A DNA stretch of 64,000 nucleotides from Bacteroidetes bacterium HGW-Bacteroidetes-4 (GCA_002840905.1 PHDD01000012.1:80144-144143), one strand, 5' to 3'; counted from the first letter of the stretch, positions 46,648 to 57,220 are shown. Translations and numbers: made by a program. Notes: generated by a model from the sequence alone, not told the origin.

Positions 46648-48300
46648 TTAGTTTTTAGTTAAACCCAAAACATCTAACCCTTGTTTAAATATAATATCGC
46701 GTGGAATACCGGCTGCACCAATTCTGTCGAGGTCGGCCTGAAGTTGGGGTTGTATGGTTCCCAAATTATCAATCATAGCTTTGGCTTTATTGTAATCCCC
46801 GTCGCCCTGAATGGTAATTATTTCTTTGGCCAGACTGTTCATGGCTTCGGTCATTTTATCGAAATCAACTTGGTAAGTTCCGGTTTCTGTATCGCGGGTA
46901 AAAGCGCCTTTTTCCATAAAATAATTAAAGCGTACCATGTTTGCTTTTCCGTGGGCGCTTGAGGCTCCAAAACGGATAGAGCGGAATATTCCGGCCATAA
47001 AGGTAACGTAGTTATCCATCAAATTTTTGTCTTTGTATTCGCCCATTTCGTGCAGCTGATTTACAAAGAATAATCCAAGAATATCGGCTTTACCTTCTTC
47101 AATCGATGAGTAAAGATCTTTAAGGTTATCTTTTACAAATCCTTTTCCGTTGATGGTCGATTTTACGCCCAGTCCGTGAGCTACTTCGTGAAACATTACA
47201 TTTTCGAAAAACGCATCGAAAGTTATGTTTTTACGCTGCGATTCGTCGATAAGCAAATCGCTGATGGGGACCAGAATTTTATTGAATTTGGCCTGCATAG
47301 CATTGCGTAGTTGCAGTTTACGGCTACCTTTTTGCTCGTGTACCCGGGGATCGTTGGGCAGGTTGATGGCAATGTTTTTGCTGGCAGCATTGCAGTCGCC
47401 TGCATAATAAACTACATCGTACACGTTATTGTCGGAATCAGCTGCAGGTTCTTCTTTTTTATAGTCATCAGGAACCGGTAAGCGCTTTTGTAATTCCGGT
47501 AACAGACTGTTAAAGCGTTCCACTTTATTGCTCCATTCCCTGTCTTTAATCAGAATCTGACCTGAGTGTGCTGCACGTGCTCCCATAAATGCGTCTTCAT
47601 AGCTTTCAATAGGGCCAACCACAAAATCGATGGTATTGGTTTTCATGTCCATCCATGCCAAATCGGAGGCCAGGTAGTCATCGGTTAACAGAGCTTCAGC
47701 ACGCAAAAGTAAATAGTTTTTTAAGCCATCATCGTCGGCAAAAGCGGCAGCTTTTTTTAGCAGTTCGGCAGCTTTGGTAACTTCAGCGCTATAGGCTTCA
47801 TGATAAGGGACATTGATTAGCTGACCATTTTCGTTGCGACGGATAAGGCTGTACCAACTCTGTTTTACATCGGCGGGAGCATCCCAGGCTTCAAATTCTT
47901 CTTTGGTGATATCGGCAGGATAATAATTGGCTCCGGCAGGTTTCTCACCAAATCCGGCAATAAACGGTTCGTCGTTGCGCAGGCGATCCCAGGGGCCATA
48001 ATGAATTTCGGCAAAGGTTTTAAGTGCGGGATCCTGAATTTTGTTTAAAAAAGTGGTTTTATCACCTATGGCATCTTTCCAGAACAGTTCTTCCATAATA
48101 TCGGCACATTCAAAAAGGTAGGGGAGCATCTGTTTTTCATTTTCAGAAAGCTTGCTCATGTTGGTGGTCAAGGTAAACTCGGCATATTCGTTTACCCTGT
48201 CCTGAATATTTTCTACGGAAGCCTTATAAACTTCCTTTTGCTTACACGATGCAAAAAGTGCAGCGATTAGAATACTCATAAAAAAATAGTTTTTATACAT
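46648..48300 (-). CDS. Lipoprotein zinc metallopeptidase, DPP III (M49)-like with an HExxH variant motif
   Basis: Lipobox LFASC. Zinc motifs FHEVAHGLG (HExxH) and EEGKADILG (compare the M49 second motif EExK/RAE/D). Confidence 0.55.
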   Translation of the reverse strand: MYKNYFFMSILIAALFASCKQKEVYKASVENIQDRVNEYAEFTLTTNMSKLSENEKQMLPYLFECADIMEELFWKDAIGDKTTFLNKIQDPALKTFAEIHYGPWDRLRNDEPFIAGFGEKPAGANYYPADITKEEFEAWDAPADVKQSWYSLIRRNENGQLINVPYHEAYSAEVTKAAELLKKAAAFADDDGLKNYLLLRAEALLTDDYLASDLAWMDMKTNTIDFVVGPIESYEDAFMGARAAHSGQILIKDREWSNKVERFNSLLPELQKRLPVPDDYKKEEPAADSDNNVYDVVYYAGDCNAASKNIAINLPNDPRVHEQKGSRKLQLRNAMQAKFNKILVPISDLLIDESQRKNITFDAFFENVMFHEVAHGLGVKSTINGKGFVKDNLKDLYSSIEEGKADILGLFFVNQLHEMGEYKDKNLMDNYVTFMAGIFRSIRFGASSAHGKANMVRFNYFMEKGAFTRDTETGTYQVDFDKMTEAMNSLAKEIITIQGDGDYNKAKAMIDNLGTIQPQLQADLDRIGAAGIPRDIIFKQGLDVLGLTKN

Positions 48301-48316
48301 AGTTTATTTGTTTGAT

Positions 48317-49012
48317 TTATTTAATGTTAGTATTCGCTCTTGATTGAAATCCCAGCGGTTTGCCAATTTCTATTTTTGATGAATTGCGCTTATCCATCAT
48401 TTGTTCTACCGAAGCCACCTGCATACTTTCGAGGGGTGGAACAACCAAATCTACTTCTAAGGCATACTGAATAATGGATTGAATAATTTCGCGCATGCGG
48501 GCCATATCAATTTTTTGTTTTCCAAAATCGTCATTAAACGAACCAAAATTAGGATTTCCTTCTAAAAAGTAATAACCCTCGCGATTAATGAAAATACGTG
48601 CCACAATAAAGCCGTAATCGGTAAGTCGGTTGTATTTAAACGAATCGGCTAAAAAATTATAGACATTAATCACCCCGCAATAGCCGTTTAGTTGGTTGTT
48701 TTTTACATATTCATTTTCCCATATCCAGTGCTTGGGGTCGAATGTAAAAACATTGGTGTGCATGTTGAATATTATCATATCGCCGGCCACCTGCATCGAC
48801 GATTCAAATACTCCGGTTTCGGAAAAGCTTAAATTAATTTTTTGTGATGAGTTGCTTAATTGCTTTTTATAGTTGCTGATTATATACTGGCTTACTTTTT
48901 TTAGCTGTATAAAGTTTTCAAGGGTTTCCAGATAAGTTTCCTGCTTAACTATGGATTTCTCGATAAGGGTATCGAGAATGTAGGTAGTTTGATCTATTTT
49001 TTCTGTATTCAT
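48317..49012 (-). CDS. Hypothetical protein
   Basis: 231-aa ORF co-directional with and 16 nt from the upstream gene. No motif was recognised. Confidence 0.55.
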   Translation of the reverse strand: MNTEKIDQTTYILDTLIEKSIVKQETYLETLENFIQLKKVSQYIISNYKKQLSNSSQKINLSFSETGVFESSMQVAGDMIIFNMHTNVFTFDPKHWIWENEYVKNNQLNGYCGVINVYNFLADSFKYNRLTDYGFIVARIFINREGYYFLEGNPNFGSFNDDFGKQKIDMARMREIIQSIIQYALEVDLVVPPLESMQVASVEQMMDKRNSSKIEIGKPLGFQSRANTNIK

Positions 49013-49112
49013 ATTTTTCAGTTTTTAGACAACCAAAGTAAGCATTTTTTAGGTTTATATAAACATGCTCGCTGACATAAGCGATAAAGATAAACAGAAA
49101 GTTTTGGCTCGA

Positions 49113-49149
49113 TAAAAACAAAAAATGCTGCCTTGTAGAGCAGCATTTT
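49113..49149 (-). terminator. Rho-independent terminator of proS
   Basis: AAAATGCTGC (49122-49131) pairs with GCAGCATTTT (49140-49149). On the minus strand the stem is followed by TTTTTTGTTTTT. Confidence 0.7.
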
Positions 49150-49169
49150 ATTTTAAAATGAGTTGATTA

Positions 49170-50645
49170 TTAATAGGCTCTGGCAAAAAGAACCCTTTGT
49201 TTCGATGGTTTTCCGCTTAATATGCATTTTCCATCTTCTATAGGATTGTCTACCGGAATGCAACGAATGGTGGCCTTTGTTTTTTCTTTAATCAAATCTT
49301 CGGTTTCGTTGGTACCATCCCAATGTGCATAAACAAAACCCCCTTTGTTTTCAATAATATCCACAAATTCTTCCCAGGTATCGGCATGGTAGGTTTTTTG
49401 ATTGCGGAAGTTGAGTGCTTTCTGATAAATATTGTTTTGAATTTCATCGAGCAAGTCTTTAACAACACGAACAATGTTATCCATCGGATAAGTTTTTTTC
49501 TCCAGCGTGTCGCGACGGGCCAGTTCAATGGTTCCGTTTTCCAAATCGCGGGCACCCAAAGCAAGACGAATAGGGAATCCTTTTAATTCGTATTCGGCAA
49601 ATTTCCATCCCGGTTTATGGGTATCGCGGTCGTCGAACAAAACTGAAATACCGGCATTTTTTAATTCTGTTTTTAATTTGTTTCCGGCTTCGCGCATCAG
49701 GTCGTATTGGTCGTTTCCTTTATAAATTGGTACAATAACTACCTGATGAGGGGCTAATTTGGGAGGCAGCACCAATCCATTGTCGTCGGAATGAGCCATT
49801 ATTAAGGCGCCAATTAATCGGGTCGATACGCCCCACGAGCTGGCCCATACATATTCGAGGTTGCCTTCTTTTGAGGTGAATTTTACATCGAAAGCTTTGG
49901 CAAAATTTTGTCCCAAAAAGTGCGATGTTCCCGATTGAAGGGCTTTACCATCCTGCATCATGGCTTCTATGGTATAGGTATCAAGCGCACCGGCAAAGCG
50001 TTCGTTTTCGGTTTTATGTCCTTTAATCACGGGCATAGCCATAAATTTCTCGGCAAATTCCGCATAAACATTAATCATTTGCACGGTTTCGTCAATGGCT
50101 TCCTGTTGGGTTGCATGTGCTGTGTGCCCTTCCTGCCATAAAAATTCAGCGGTTCTCAGGAACAAACGGGTACGCATTTCCCACCGAACCACATTGGCCC
50201 ATTGATTTATTAATATAGGCAGGTCGCGGTATGACTGTATCCAATTTTTATAAGTATTCCAGATTATTGTTTCTGAGGTTGGACGAACAATTAGTTCTTC
50301 TTCCAGTTTGGCGTCCGGGTCAACTTCAATTCCTTTTCCATCGGCTTTATTTCTGAGACGGTAGTGGGTAACTACGGCACATTCTTTGGCAAAGCCTTCC
50401 ACATGATCCGCTTCTTTGCTAAAAAACGATTTGGGAATAAACAGGGGAAAGTAGGCATTTACGTGACCGGTATCTTTAAACATGGCATCCAGGGCATCGC
50501 GCATTTTTTCCCAAATGGCATAACCATAAGGCTTTATAACCATGCAGCCTCGAACTGCTGAATTCTCAGCCAAATCAGCTTTTAGCACCAACTCGTTGTA
50601 CCATTGTGAATAATTTTCTTCCCTTGTAGTTAAAAACTTTCCCAT
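49170..50645 (-). CDS. proS: Proline--tRNA ligase (archaeal/eukaryote-like class II type)
   Basis: [39 protein letters not shown], and the class II motifs [15 protein letters not shown] and [17 protein letters not shown]. Confidence 0.95.
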   Translation of the reverse strand: MGKFLTTREENYSQWYNELVLKADLAENSAVRGCMVIKPYGYAIWEKMRDALDAMFKDTGHVNAYFPLFIPKSFFSKEADHVEGFAKECAVVTHYRLRNKADGKGIEVDPDAKLEEELIVRPTSETIIWNTYKNWIQSYRDLPILINQWANVVRWEMRTRLFLRTAEFLWQEGHTAHATQQEAIDETVQMINVYAEFAEKFMAMPVIKGHKTENERFAGALDTYTIEAMMQDGKALQSGTSHFLGQNFAKAFDVKFTSKEGNLEYVWASSWGVSTRLIGALIMAHSDDNGLVLPPKLAPHQVVIVPIYKGNDQYDLMREAGNKLKTELKNAGISVLFDDRDTHKPGWKFAEYELKGFPIRLALGARDLENGTIELARRDTLEKKTYPMDNIVRVVKDLLDEIQNNIYQKALNFRNQKTYHADTWEEFVDIIENKGGFVYAHWDGTNETEDLIKEKTKATIRCIPVDNPIEDGKCILSGKPSKQRVLFARAY

Positions 50646-50745
50646 AATCAGTTTTGGTATAGTATTTGTTTATTTTTTTACGTATATTTTGATTTGCAAA
50701 TTAAATCAAAAAAAACATGATTAAAAACTCAAATACGATGCCGCT

Positions 50746-52017
50746 ATGAAAAATTACTTACCCATTTTCTTATTATTTTCAGCAGGCGCTTTTATACTTA
50801 ATTCCTGTGCAACCCTTTCAACAGCTTATGTAGACGATGTGTATTACAATCCGGCTACAGCTATAAGCACACCTACTGAAAAAAGGCATACTTCTAACGA
50901 ACGTATGGTGGATCAGGCATTGGTGATTCCTGAAGAAGATTCCTCTTATAGCTATAAGAAGGATACCCTTGAGGATTATGAATATGCCAAACGACTTCAG
51001 CGTTTTCATGATGATTCCTATCAGGGCGACTATTATGTAGAAGATGATACGCAATGGAATATGCAATTTGGTATGGGCTATGGTATGTATGGATCATCGT
51101 GGGGTATAGGTTTTGGTTATGGATACCCGTATAGTTATTGGAATTATCCTCCATATTATTGGGGCTATAATCCCTGGTTATGGCATTCACCCTGGTATTA
51201 CAACTGGTATTACCCCTATGGATATTATGATTCGTTTTCATATTATGGCTGGGGAGGCCGTGGTTATTACACCGTTGATGATGAACGCGGATACCATTAC
51301 GGTCCCCGTCATGGAGTGTCGAGCAATACCGGAGGAAGTAATGTAGCCATTGGTGGTGCAAACAATTTTGGAAGACAGGCCGGTTCTCAAACAAGTGGTA
51401 CAGCGGTTAAAACTACGGGTTCGGCTTCAGGAACACCTACCGGAGTAGTTCGGACAACAAATTCGAGTGGGGGTTCGGTAAAAACCACATCGGGAAGTTC
51501 TTCTGGCAGGGTAAGTGGTTCCTCCGTTCGTTCGGGATCAGGAGCTAATACCTCAAGTTCTGGTAGTTCGTATGGTAAAAGTGATGGAACTTCGGTTAAA
51601 ACAACAGTAAGAACCCGTTCAGGTTATACACCAAGTTATACCCGCCCCAGTTCAAGTACTACCCGTACATATAATAATTCTGGTTCAAATGCAAGGTATT
51701 CGGGAAGTTCTTATCGGTCTTCGAATCAGACAGGGGGATCAAGTGTACGTTCGGGTTCACCTAGTTCTCAGCCAGCAAATTATACTCCACCAAGAACTTC
51801 AGGTCGGGCTTCTGGAACAGGTTATACAACTCCAAGAAGCACAAATACCCGTTCTTCGGGCTCAAATTACACCGCACCACGCAGTTCTGGATCGAGTAGT
51901 TCAACTCCACGTAGTTCGGGTTCAAGTTATTCTGCTCCGAGAAGCTCGGGAAGCAGTTCATCATCAGGTAGCAGTTCCGGATCAAGTTCTTCCGGTTCAT
52001 CGAGTAGGAAAAGGTAA
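50746..52017 (+). CDS. Low-complexity lipoprotein: a Tyr/Trp/Gly-rich segment followed by a Ser/Gly/Thr-rich tail with PRSSGSS repeats
   Basis: Lipobox FILNSC. Aromatic block WGIGFGYGYPYSYWNYPPYYWGYNPWLWHSPWYYNWYYPYGYY. The C-terminus reads YTAPRSSGSSSSTPRSSGSSYSAPRSSGSSSSSGSSSGSSSSGSSSRKR. Confidence 0.6.
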   Translation: MKNYLPIFLLFSAGAFILNSCATLSTAYVDDVYYNPATAISTPTEKRHTSNERMVDQALVIPEEDSSYSYKKDTLEDYEYAKRLQRFHDDSYQGDYYVEDDTQWNMQFGMGYGMYGSSWGIGFGYGYPYSYWNYPPYYWGYNPWLWHSPWYYNWYYPYGYYDSFSYYGWGGRGYYTVDDERGYHYGPRHGVSSNTGGSNVAIGGANNFGRQAGSQTSGTAVKTTGSASGTPTGVVRTTNSSGGSVKTTSGSSSGRVSGSSVRSGSGANTSSSGSSYGKSDGTSVKTTVRTRSGYTPSYTRPSSSTTRTYNNSGSNARYSGSSYRSSNQTGGSSVRSGSPSSQPANYTPPRTSGRASGTGYTTPRSTNTRSSGSNYTAPRSSGSSSSTPRSSGSSYSAPRSSGSSSSSGSSSGSSSSGSSSRKR

Positions 52018-52046
52018 TATTGTTTTAACGGATTAAAACTGAGTTT

Positions 52047-53486
52047 ATGAAAAAATCTATTTATATTCTGATTGCTTTACTGGGCGTTAATTTGGGTTTG
52101 TCCGCTCAAAACGAGGTGGATGCCCTACGTTATGGTCAATTTAATTCCGTAGGAACCGCACGTTATACAGCTATGGGTGGAGCATTAGGTGCTATGGGTG
52201 CCGATTTATCTGTAATGTCAAATAATCCGGCAGGACTTGGGGTTTACCGGTCCAGTCAATTGGTGTTTTCTTTTGGGCAATTCAATAACAACGCTCAATC
52301 AAACTTTATTGGTAATTCATCTACTATTAATGAGTTTAGTCTGAAACCAACAGTTTTAGGTTTTGTAGTTGCCGATGTGGCGGTTAGTAATTCCGACTGG
52401 AAGTTTATTAACGTAGGTTTTTCGTACAATCAGTTGCAAAACTTCAACAGCAGGTTTAGTGTTCGCGGAACCAATACTGAGAGTTCTTTGCTCGATTACG
52501 AAGTGCAGAAACTAAATGAAGGCATAGTTGATGAGGATTACAGTTCGTATTATCAGGCAAACGTATTTCTTTGGGATGATGTAAATAAATCTTATGTTAA
52601 CGATTATCAGGATGCCGGTGGTAATTATAATTTGTACCAGAGCCATTCGTTCAGTAGTTCGGGTTTTGCCGGGGAATACAATTTTACGGTTGCCGGAAAT
52701 TATCTTGATAAACTTTATTTAGGTGGTTCCATTGGATTGCAGCAGGTTCGCTACGAACAGGTAATTGAGCATTATGAAGAGCCAAATAATGATATAGCGC
52801 TTATTGAATTTAGTTCTGAGGATTACCTGTATTCCAAAGGTTCCGGAATCAATTTAAAGCTTGGTTTTTTGTACAAAGCCAGCCAGGAACTACGATTGGG
52901 TGCAGCAATTCATACCCCGACTATTTACAGTTTTAGCGATGAATTTCACACCGATGTTTATGCTTATTACATTGATGGCGGTGAAGTTGTTAAAGGGGTT
53001 GGGAAAGCTCCCAGGGGTAAGTTCAATTGGAATTATCGCTCTCCCTTAAAAATTCAAACCAGTCTGGCTTATGTTTTTGGAACCCATGGTTTGCTATCAG
53101 CCGAATATGAATTTATCAACTATAAAGGTATGTTGTTGTCGTCAGAAAATTACTTTTTTGATGAAGAGAATGAAAACATACGGACTTTCTATAAAAACGG
53201 ACACAATATACGCTTAGGTGGAGAATACCGTCTGGGACTGGTTAATTTAAGGGGCGGATTTGCTTATTACGGAAGTGCTTTCGATGAAAATACAGTTAAT
53301 AATGACGCACATACCCTGGTTTATTCGGGAGGTGCCGGAATAAACCTGGGTAATGCTTTTGTTGATTTGGCCTATCAATATACTACCCTTAGTGAAAAAT
53401 ATTTTATGTATAATTATGCCAGTTCAATGGTTGAACTCGATAAAATACGAAGCACCTTTTTATTAACACTTGGTTTAAAGTTTTAG
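52047..53486 (+). CDS. Outer-membrane beta-barrel protein (FadL/PorV-like)
   Basis: Signal peptide, then GTARYTAMGGALGAMGADLSVMSNNPAGL near the N-terminus. Alternating aromatic/aliphatic beta-strand pattern, with a C-terminal ...TFLLTLGLKF. Confidence 0.55.
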   Translation: MKKSIYILIALLGVNLGLSAQNEVDALRYGQFNSVGTARYTAMGGALGAMGADLSVMSNNPAGLGVYRSSQLVFSFGQFNNNAQSNFIGNSSTINEFSLKPTVLGFVVADVAVSNSDWKFINVGFSYNQLQNFNSRFSVRGTNTESSLLDYEVQKLNEGIVDEDYSSYYQANVFLWDDVNKSYVNDYQDAGGNYNLYQSHSFSSSGFAGEYNFTVAGNYLDKLYLGGSIGLQQVRYEQVIEHYEEPNNDIALIEFSSEDYLYSKGSGINLKLGFLYKASQELRLGAAIHTPTIYSFSDEFHTDVYAYYIDGGEVVKGVGKAPRGKFNWNYRSPLKIQTSLAYVFGTHGLLSAEYEFINYKGMLLSSENYFFDEENENIRTFYKNGHNIRLGGEYRLGLVNLRGGFAYYGSAFDENTVNNDAHTLVYSGGAGINLGNAFVDLAYQYTTLSEKYFMYNYASSMVELDKIRSTFLLTLGLKF

Positions 53487-53617
53487 TATTCTATACAATA
53501 AAGTTAGCTGTAAAGTTCCCGGTGAGTTTTTTTAACCTGCCGGGTTTTTTATTTTATTCTATTCACAATGGATTCGTAATTAATATTAGTTTTGTAAGTA
53601 TTGAAAACTACACCTAT

Positions 53618-53998
53618 ATGGAACAAAAAAAGCAAATTACCATTGCTCTGGTGGCTCACGACAAGAAGAAACAGGTAATGCTGGAATGGGCTAAAGAAAA
53701 GTCAGAAACCTTAAAAAAACGACGGTTACTTGGGACATCAAATACAGCCAGGTTATTAAAAAGCGTACTCGATTTAGATGTGGAACCCTATGGACACGGG
53801 CCTTCGGGTGGTGATATTTATTTAGCGGCTAAAATTCTGGATAACGAAATCGATAAAGTCATCTTTTTTATCGATTCCGAAACCCCGCAGGGACATGAGC
53901 ACGACATTCAGACCTTAATTCGCACAGCGGTTATAAATAACATTCCTATTGCTTTAAACCGGGCAACGGCCAATTTTATTATTCAGGAGGAGCAATAA
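53618..53998 (+). CDS. mgsA: Methylglyoxal synthase
   Basis: IALVAHDKKK...LLGTSNTARLL...GHGPSGGDIYLAAKI...VIFFIDSETPQGHEHDIQTLIRTAV. I chose the ATG at 53618; the GTG-initiated extension from 53522 looks non-coding. Confidence 0.9.
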   Translation: MEQKKQITIALVAHDKKKQVMLEWAKEKSETLKKRRLLGTSNTARLLKSVLDLDVEPYGHGPSGGDIYLAAKILDNEIDKVIFFIDSETPQGHEHDIQTLIRTAVINNIPIALNRATANFIIQEEQ

Positions 53999-54099
53999 GC
54001 CCTATGCATTTGAATTTTTCAGTACGTTTTAATAGGTTATTGAAAAATTAAAAAAATGGTGGTTAATTTGCCCAACTTAAGCCAAAAAATTTATTTATT

Positions 54100-55197
54100 A
54101 TGCGAGTAGGGATGCTTTATTTTGTAGGTTGTTTGCTATTAATGCAGCCAATTATCACAAAATCCCAGGAACTTAACGAAAGAAAATATACTCCCCGGTT
54201 GGAGTATTCCGCTTATGCAGGTGCATTGGTTATTCATCGCGAAGCCATGAAAGGACTGGGCAATCATCCTTACCTGGGTCAGGAAATACGTTTGGGGTTT
54301 CAAACTACCGGCAGCGATTACTGGCATCGGCTGTATAAATATCCGGTGTTTGGTGCGGGAGTGTATTCGGGCTATTTTAATAATCCGGCTATTGGTAACC
54401 CCTTTGCTTTTTTTGGATTTATCGAGATTCCTTTTTTACGTACCGATAAATCGTTGCTAAGTACTAGTTGGGCCAGTGGGGTTGCTTTTCATATTAACGA
54501 ATACAATTCTATTACAAATCCCGAAAATATTGCCATAGGAACCGATATCAATGTGTACATCGATTTTAGTATATTTTACCGTCAGCAGTTAAGCGAGCGG
54601 CTCGATATGGGTTGGGGATTAAAATTTCAACACTTTAGCAATGGAGCCATTCAACATCCCAATCTGGGTTTGAATATGGTAAGCGGTCTTGTTACTTTAA
54701 ATTTTGCGCTTAGCCCAAATCATCCTCAATTTTTTAATCCTGAACCGGAAGTTTCGGATAAAAAATTTGAATGGAACTTTATGTATGCCTTGGGAATTAA
54801 TGGTAAAAACCAGGAAGAACCCGATGTACGTTATATAAACCACACTATTTCGTTGGGAATAAATAAACGGGTAAGCGAAAAAAGGACCCTGGGATTAGGA
54901 GTCGATGTGTTTCACAACGAAGAGTTAAAAGAAGATATTCCCTCAGGTGATAATATTCAGTTAAGCGATTTGTTGAGTTCTGCAGCTTATGCATCGAGCG
55001 ATTTAATCATTCATAAATTTCGTATTGCGGTTCAATTGGGATTTTACCTGTACCGGCCTACGGATTATAGCCTTCCTTTTTATGAGCGGGTGGCATTCCG
55101 CTATTACCTTACTCCAAATTTATTTACCAACGTTTCAATTAAGGCCCATGCTGCCAAAGCGCAGTATTTTGAATGGGGTCTTGGTATTTCGTTTTAA
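54100..55197 (+). CDS. Outer-membrane acyloxyacyl hydrolase / PagL-like beta-barrel protein (tentative)
   Basis: Signal peptide, beta-barrel-like sequence, and the motif KFQHFSNGAIQHPNLGLN, which resembles the H-x-S-N-G catalytic region of lipid A deacylases. Confidence 0.4.
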   Translation: MRVGMLYFVGCLLLMQPIITKSQELNERKYTPRLEYSAYAGALVIHREAMKGLGNHPYLGQEIRLGFQTTGSDYWHRLYKYPVFGAGVYSGYFNNPAIGNPFAFFGFIEIPFLRTDKSLLSTSWASGVAFHINEYNSITNPENIAIGTDINVYIDFSIFYRQQLSERLDMGWGLKFQHFSNGAIQHPNLGLNMVSGLVTLNFALSPNHPQFFNPEPEVSDKKFEWNFMYALGINGKNQEEPDVRYINHTISLGINKRVSEKRTLGLGVDVFHNEELKEDIPSGDNIQLSDLLSSAAYASSDLIIHKFRIAVQLGFYLYRPTDYSLPFYERVAFRYYLTPNLFTNVSIKAHAAKAQYFEWGLGISF

Positions 55198-55208
55198 TTT
55201 TTAATGGA

Positions 55209-56090
55209 ATGGATGCAAAAATAAAAGCCTGGATACTGCTCACATTTACCATGTTGTTCTGGGGTATGTCGTTTGTCTGGACCCGCCAGTTGCTCGATTA
55301 TTTTTCGCCTATTACCATAATCACCTTACGATTGGTTTTATCGTCCATTTTTTTGGTGATTTTTTCCTTTGTTATTGGAAGGTTAAAAACCATAAAACGC
55401 AACGATATTAAATGGTTTTTTCTATTGGCATTTTTCCAACCCTTTCTTTACTTTATTTTTGAAGGTTATGGTATTAAGGCTACTTCAGCTTCGTTTGCAG
55501 CCATAATTATTGCTACCATTCCCTTGTTTACTCCTTTAGGTGCCTGGCTGGTTTTAAAAGAACGCATTACGGTAATGAATTTTATTGGTTTGTTTATTTC
55601 TTTTGGTGGAGTAGCCCTTATCATTTTTAACGATAAATACGGTATTGCTTTTTCATTCGCAGGTTTTCTCATTTTACTTGGAGCGGTAATTAGTGCCGTG
55701 GGTTATATGCTGGTACTAAAAAAACTAACCGGAAACTACAACTCGTTTACCATTGCCACCTGGCAGAATGTAATAGGTATTGTACTTTTTTCACCTTTTT
55801 TTTTATCGATGAGTTTGCCCGAATTTCATGATTTGCAACTTACCAAAACTATTGTTTGGCCTTTACTTGCCTTAGCCATACTGGCCTCATCGCTGGCTTT
55901 TATTTTTAATACCTACGGAGTTCGCGAATTGGGTCCCAGCAAAGCTTCGGCATTTACCAACAGTGTTCCGGTGTTTACCGTAGTTTTTGCGTTTTTATTA
56001 CTGAACGAACCCATTGGCTGGGTTAAAGTTACCGGAATGGCCACGGTAATTGTTGGACTGGTTCTGGCACAGCAAAGCAAAAAGCGTTAA
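55209..56090 (+). CDS. DMT superfamily transporter (two EamA domains)
   Basis: 10 predicted TM helices arranged as two similar halves. I chose the start at the ATG at 55209. Confidence 0.8.
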   Translation: MDAKIKAWILLTFTMLFWGMSFVWTRQLLDYFSPITIITLRLVLSSIFLVIFSFVIGRLKTIKRNDIKWFFLLAFFQPFLYFIFEGYGIKATSASFAAIIIATIPLFTPLGAWLVLKERITVMNFIGLFISFGGVALIIFNDKYGIAFSFAGFLILLGAVISAVGYMLVLKKLTGNYNSFTIATWQNVIGIVLFSPFFLSMSLPEFHDLQLTKTIVWPLLALAILASSLAFIFNTYGVRELGPSKASAFTNSVPVFTVVFAFLLLNEPIGWVKVTGMATVIVGLVLAQQSKKR

Positions 56091-56136
56091 TTTTGGAATT
56101 ACACTACAGCAAAATCACAATTTACAGGAGAGTTTC

Positions 56137-57189
56137 ATGCAACTAAAATTTAACACAAAAATACTTCTAAGCGTTTTTTTGTTCTGTATTTCAGGCTGTA
56201 CCGGTTCAAAAATTCCAGCACCACAAAAGGCAACAGTTTTTTATTCCGGAATGGTAGAACTGGGAAATTTTCAACAGGCAGTAACCATTCGTGGACAAAA
56301 TGCCGACAATCCTGTTTTGATTCATCTGCACGGAGGCCCCGGATATCCATTGTATCCTTTTATTAACGATTTGCAGCCGCTCGAAGAGTATTTTACTTTA
56401 GTTTACTGGGAACAAAGGGGTACAGCTAAATCATTCAGTAAAAATTTGCCTGAATCCAGTATGACTACCGATACCCTTTTGCGTGATTTGCATGAACTGA
56501 TTGTCTGGACCCAACAAAAACTGGGCGTTTCAAAAGTCTTTATCTGGGGACACAGTTGGGGAACTAACCTGGGATTGTTGTATGCCGCCAAATATCCTGA
56601 AGATGTGCTGGCTTATGTAGGAACCGGACAATCGGTTAACCTGATGCAAAACGAGCGCTTGTGCTATCAGTTTGCCTGCCAACAGGCACAGGTACACGAA
56701 AATGCAGAAGCCTTGCGCGAATTGGAACGAATTGATACTACTAATTATTCGTTAAATAATGCTTTATTGGTACGAAAATGGATTTATACTTATGGAGGAG
56801 TGGTTCATCAAAACGATAAAGAACGCAGGTATGTTAGCAGGGAGCTTTTTGCTAAAGTGATGCAAACGCCGGAATACACCTTAAAAAACAAAATAAACCT
56901 GATTCGGAATCGAAATTTCTCAGGCGAAACGCTTTGGGACGATATGATGCAAATCAATTTATTTCATCAGGTGCCAAAGGTTGAGGTGCCCGTGTATTTT
57001 CTTTTGGGAAAACACGATCATCTTGTTTCAAGCATTTTAGCAGCTGAATATTTTAATGTTCTGGAAGCTCCTGCAGGTAAGCAATTAATTTGGTTTAACA
57101 TATCGGCACACCGGCCACATACTGAGGAATCTGAAAAATTCCTGGAGTGGATGTTAAAGATTAGATACGCACATAGTGAACTTCACTAA
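56137..57189 (+). CDS. Alpha/beta hydrolase lipoprotein (proline iminopeptidase-like)
   Basis: Lipobox FCISGC, oxyanion HLHGGPG, and the nucleophile elbow GHSWGT. I chose the start at the ATG at 56137. Confidence 0.8.
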   Translation: MQLKFNTKILLSVFLFCISGCTGSKIPAPQKATVFYSGMVELGNFQQAVTIRGQNADNPVLIHLHGGPGYPLYPFINDLQPLEEYFTLVYWEQRGTAKSFSKNLPESSMTTDTLLRDLHELIVWTQQKLGVSKVFIWGHSWGTNLGLLYAAKYPEDVLAYVGTGQSVNLMQNERLCYQFACQQAQVHENAEALRELERIDTTNYSLNNALLVRKWIYTYGGVVHQNDKERRYVSRELFAKVMQTPEYTLKNKINLIRNRNFSGETLWDDMMQINLFHQVPKVEVPVYFLLGKHDHLVSSILAAEYFNVLEAPAGKQLIWFNISAHRPHTEESEKFLEWMLKIRYAHSELH

Positions 57190-57220
57190 CTTTTTATTTC
57201 GATTTAATACTTTTTAGACA

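Noticed and set aside
51113-52036. Alternative-frame ORFs (51113-51346, 51689-52036, 50894-51394 minus, 51761-52000 minus) inside the low-complexity lipoprotein gene
   Set aside because: They are produced by the repetitive, codon-biased DNA. Only the 50746-52017 frame has a lipoprotein signal and spans the whole region.
53522-53617. N-terminal extensions of ORF-track models. Examples: mgsA from GTG 53522; proC 45531-45575; GDE 40899-40979; EamA 55173-55208; hydrolase 56050-56136; epimerase 59194-59256; HMA 61598-61720; TBDR 63837-63869; mltG 43644-43670.
   Set aside because: The extensions use GTG/TTG or upstream ATG codons and encode non-conserved sequence. Some overlap upstream genes or the REP element. 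Internal ATGs give canonical N-termini (signal peptides, Rossmann motifs).
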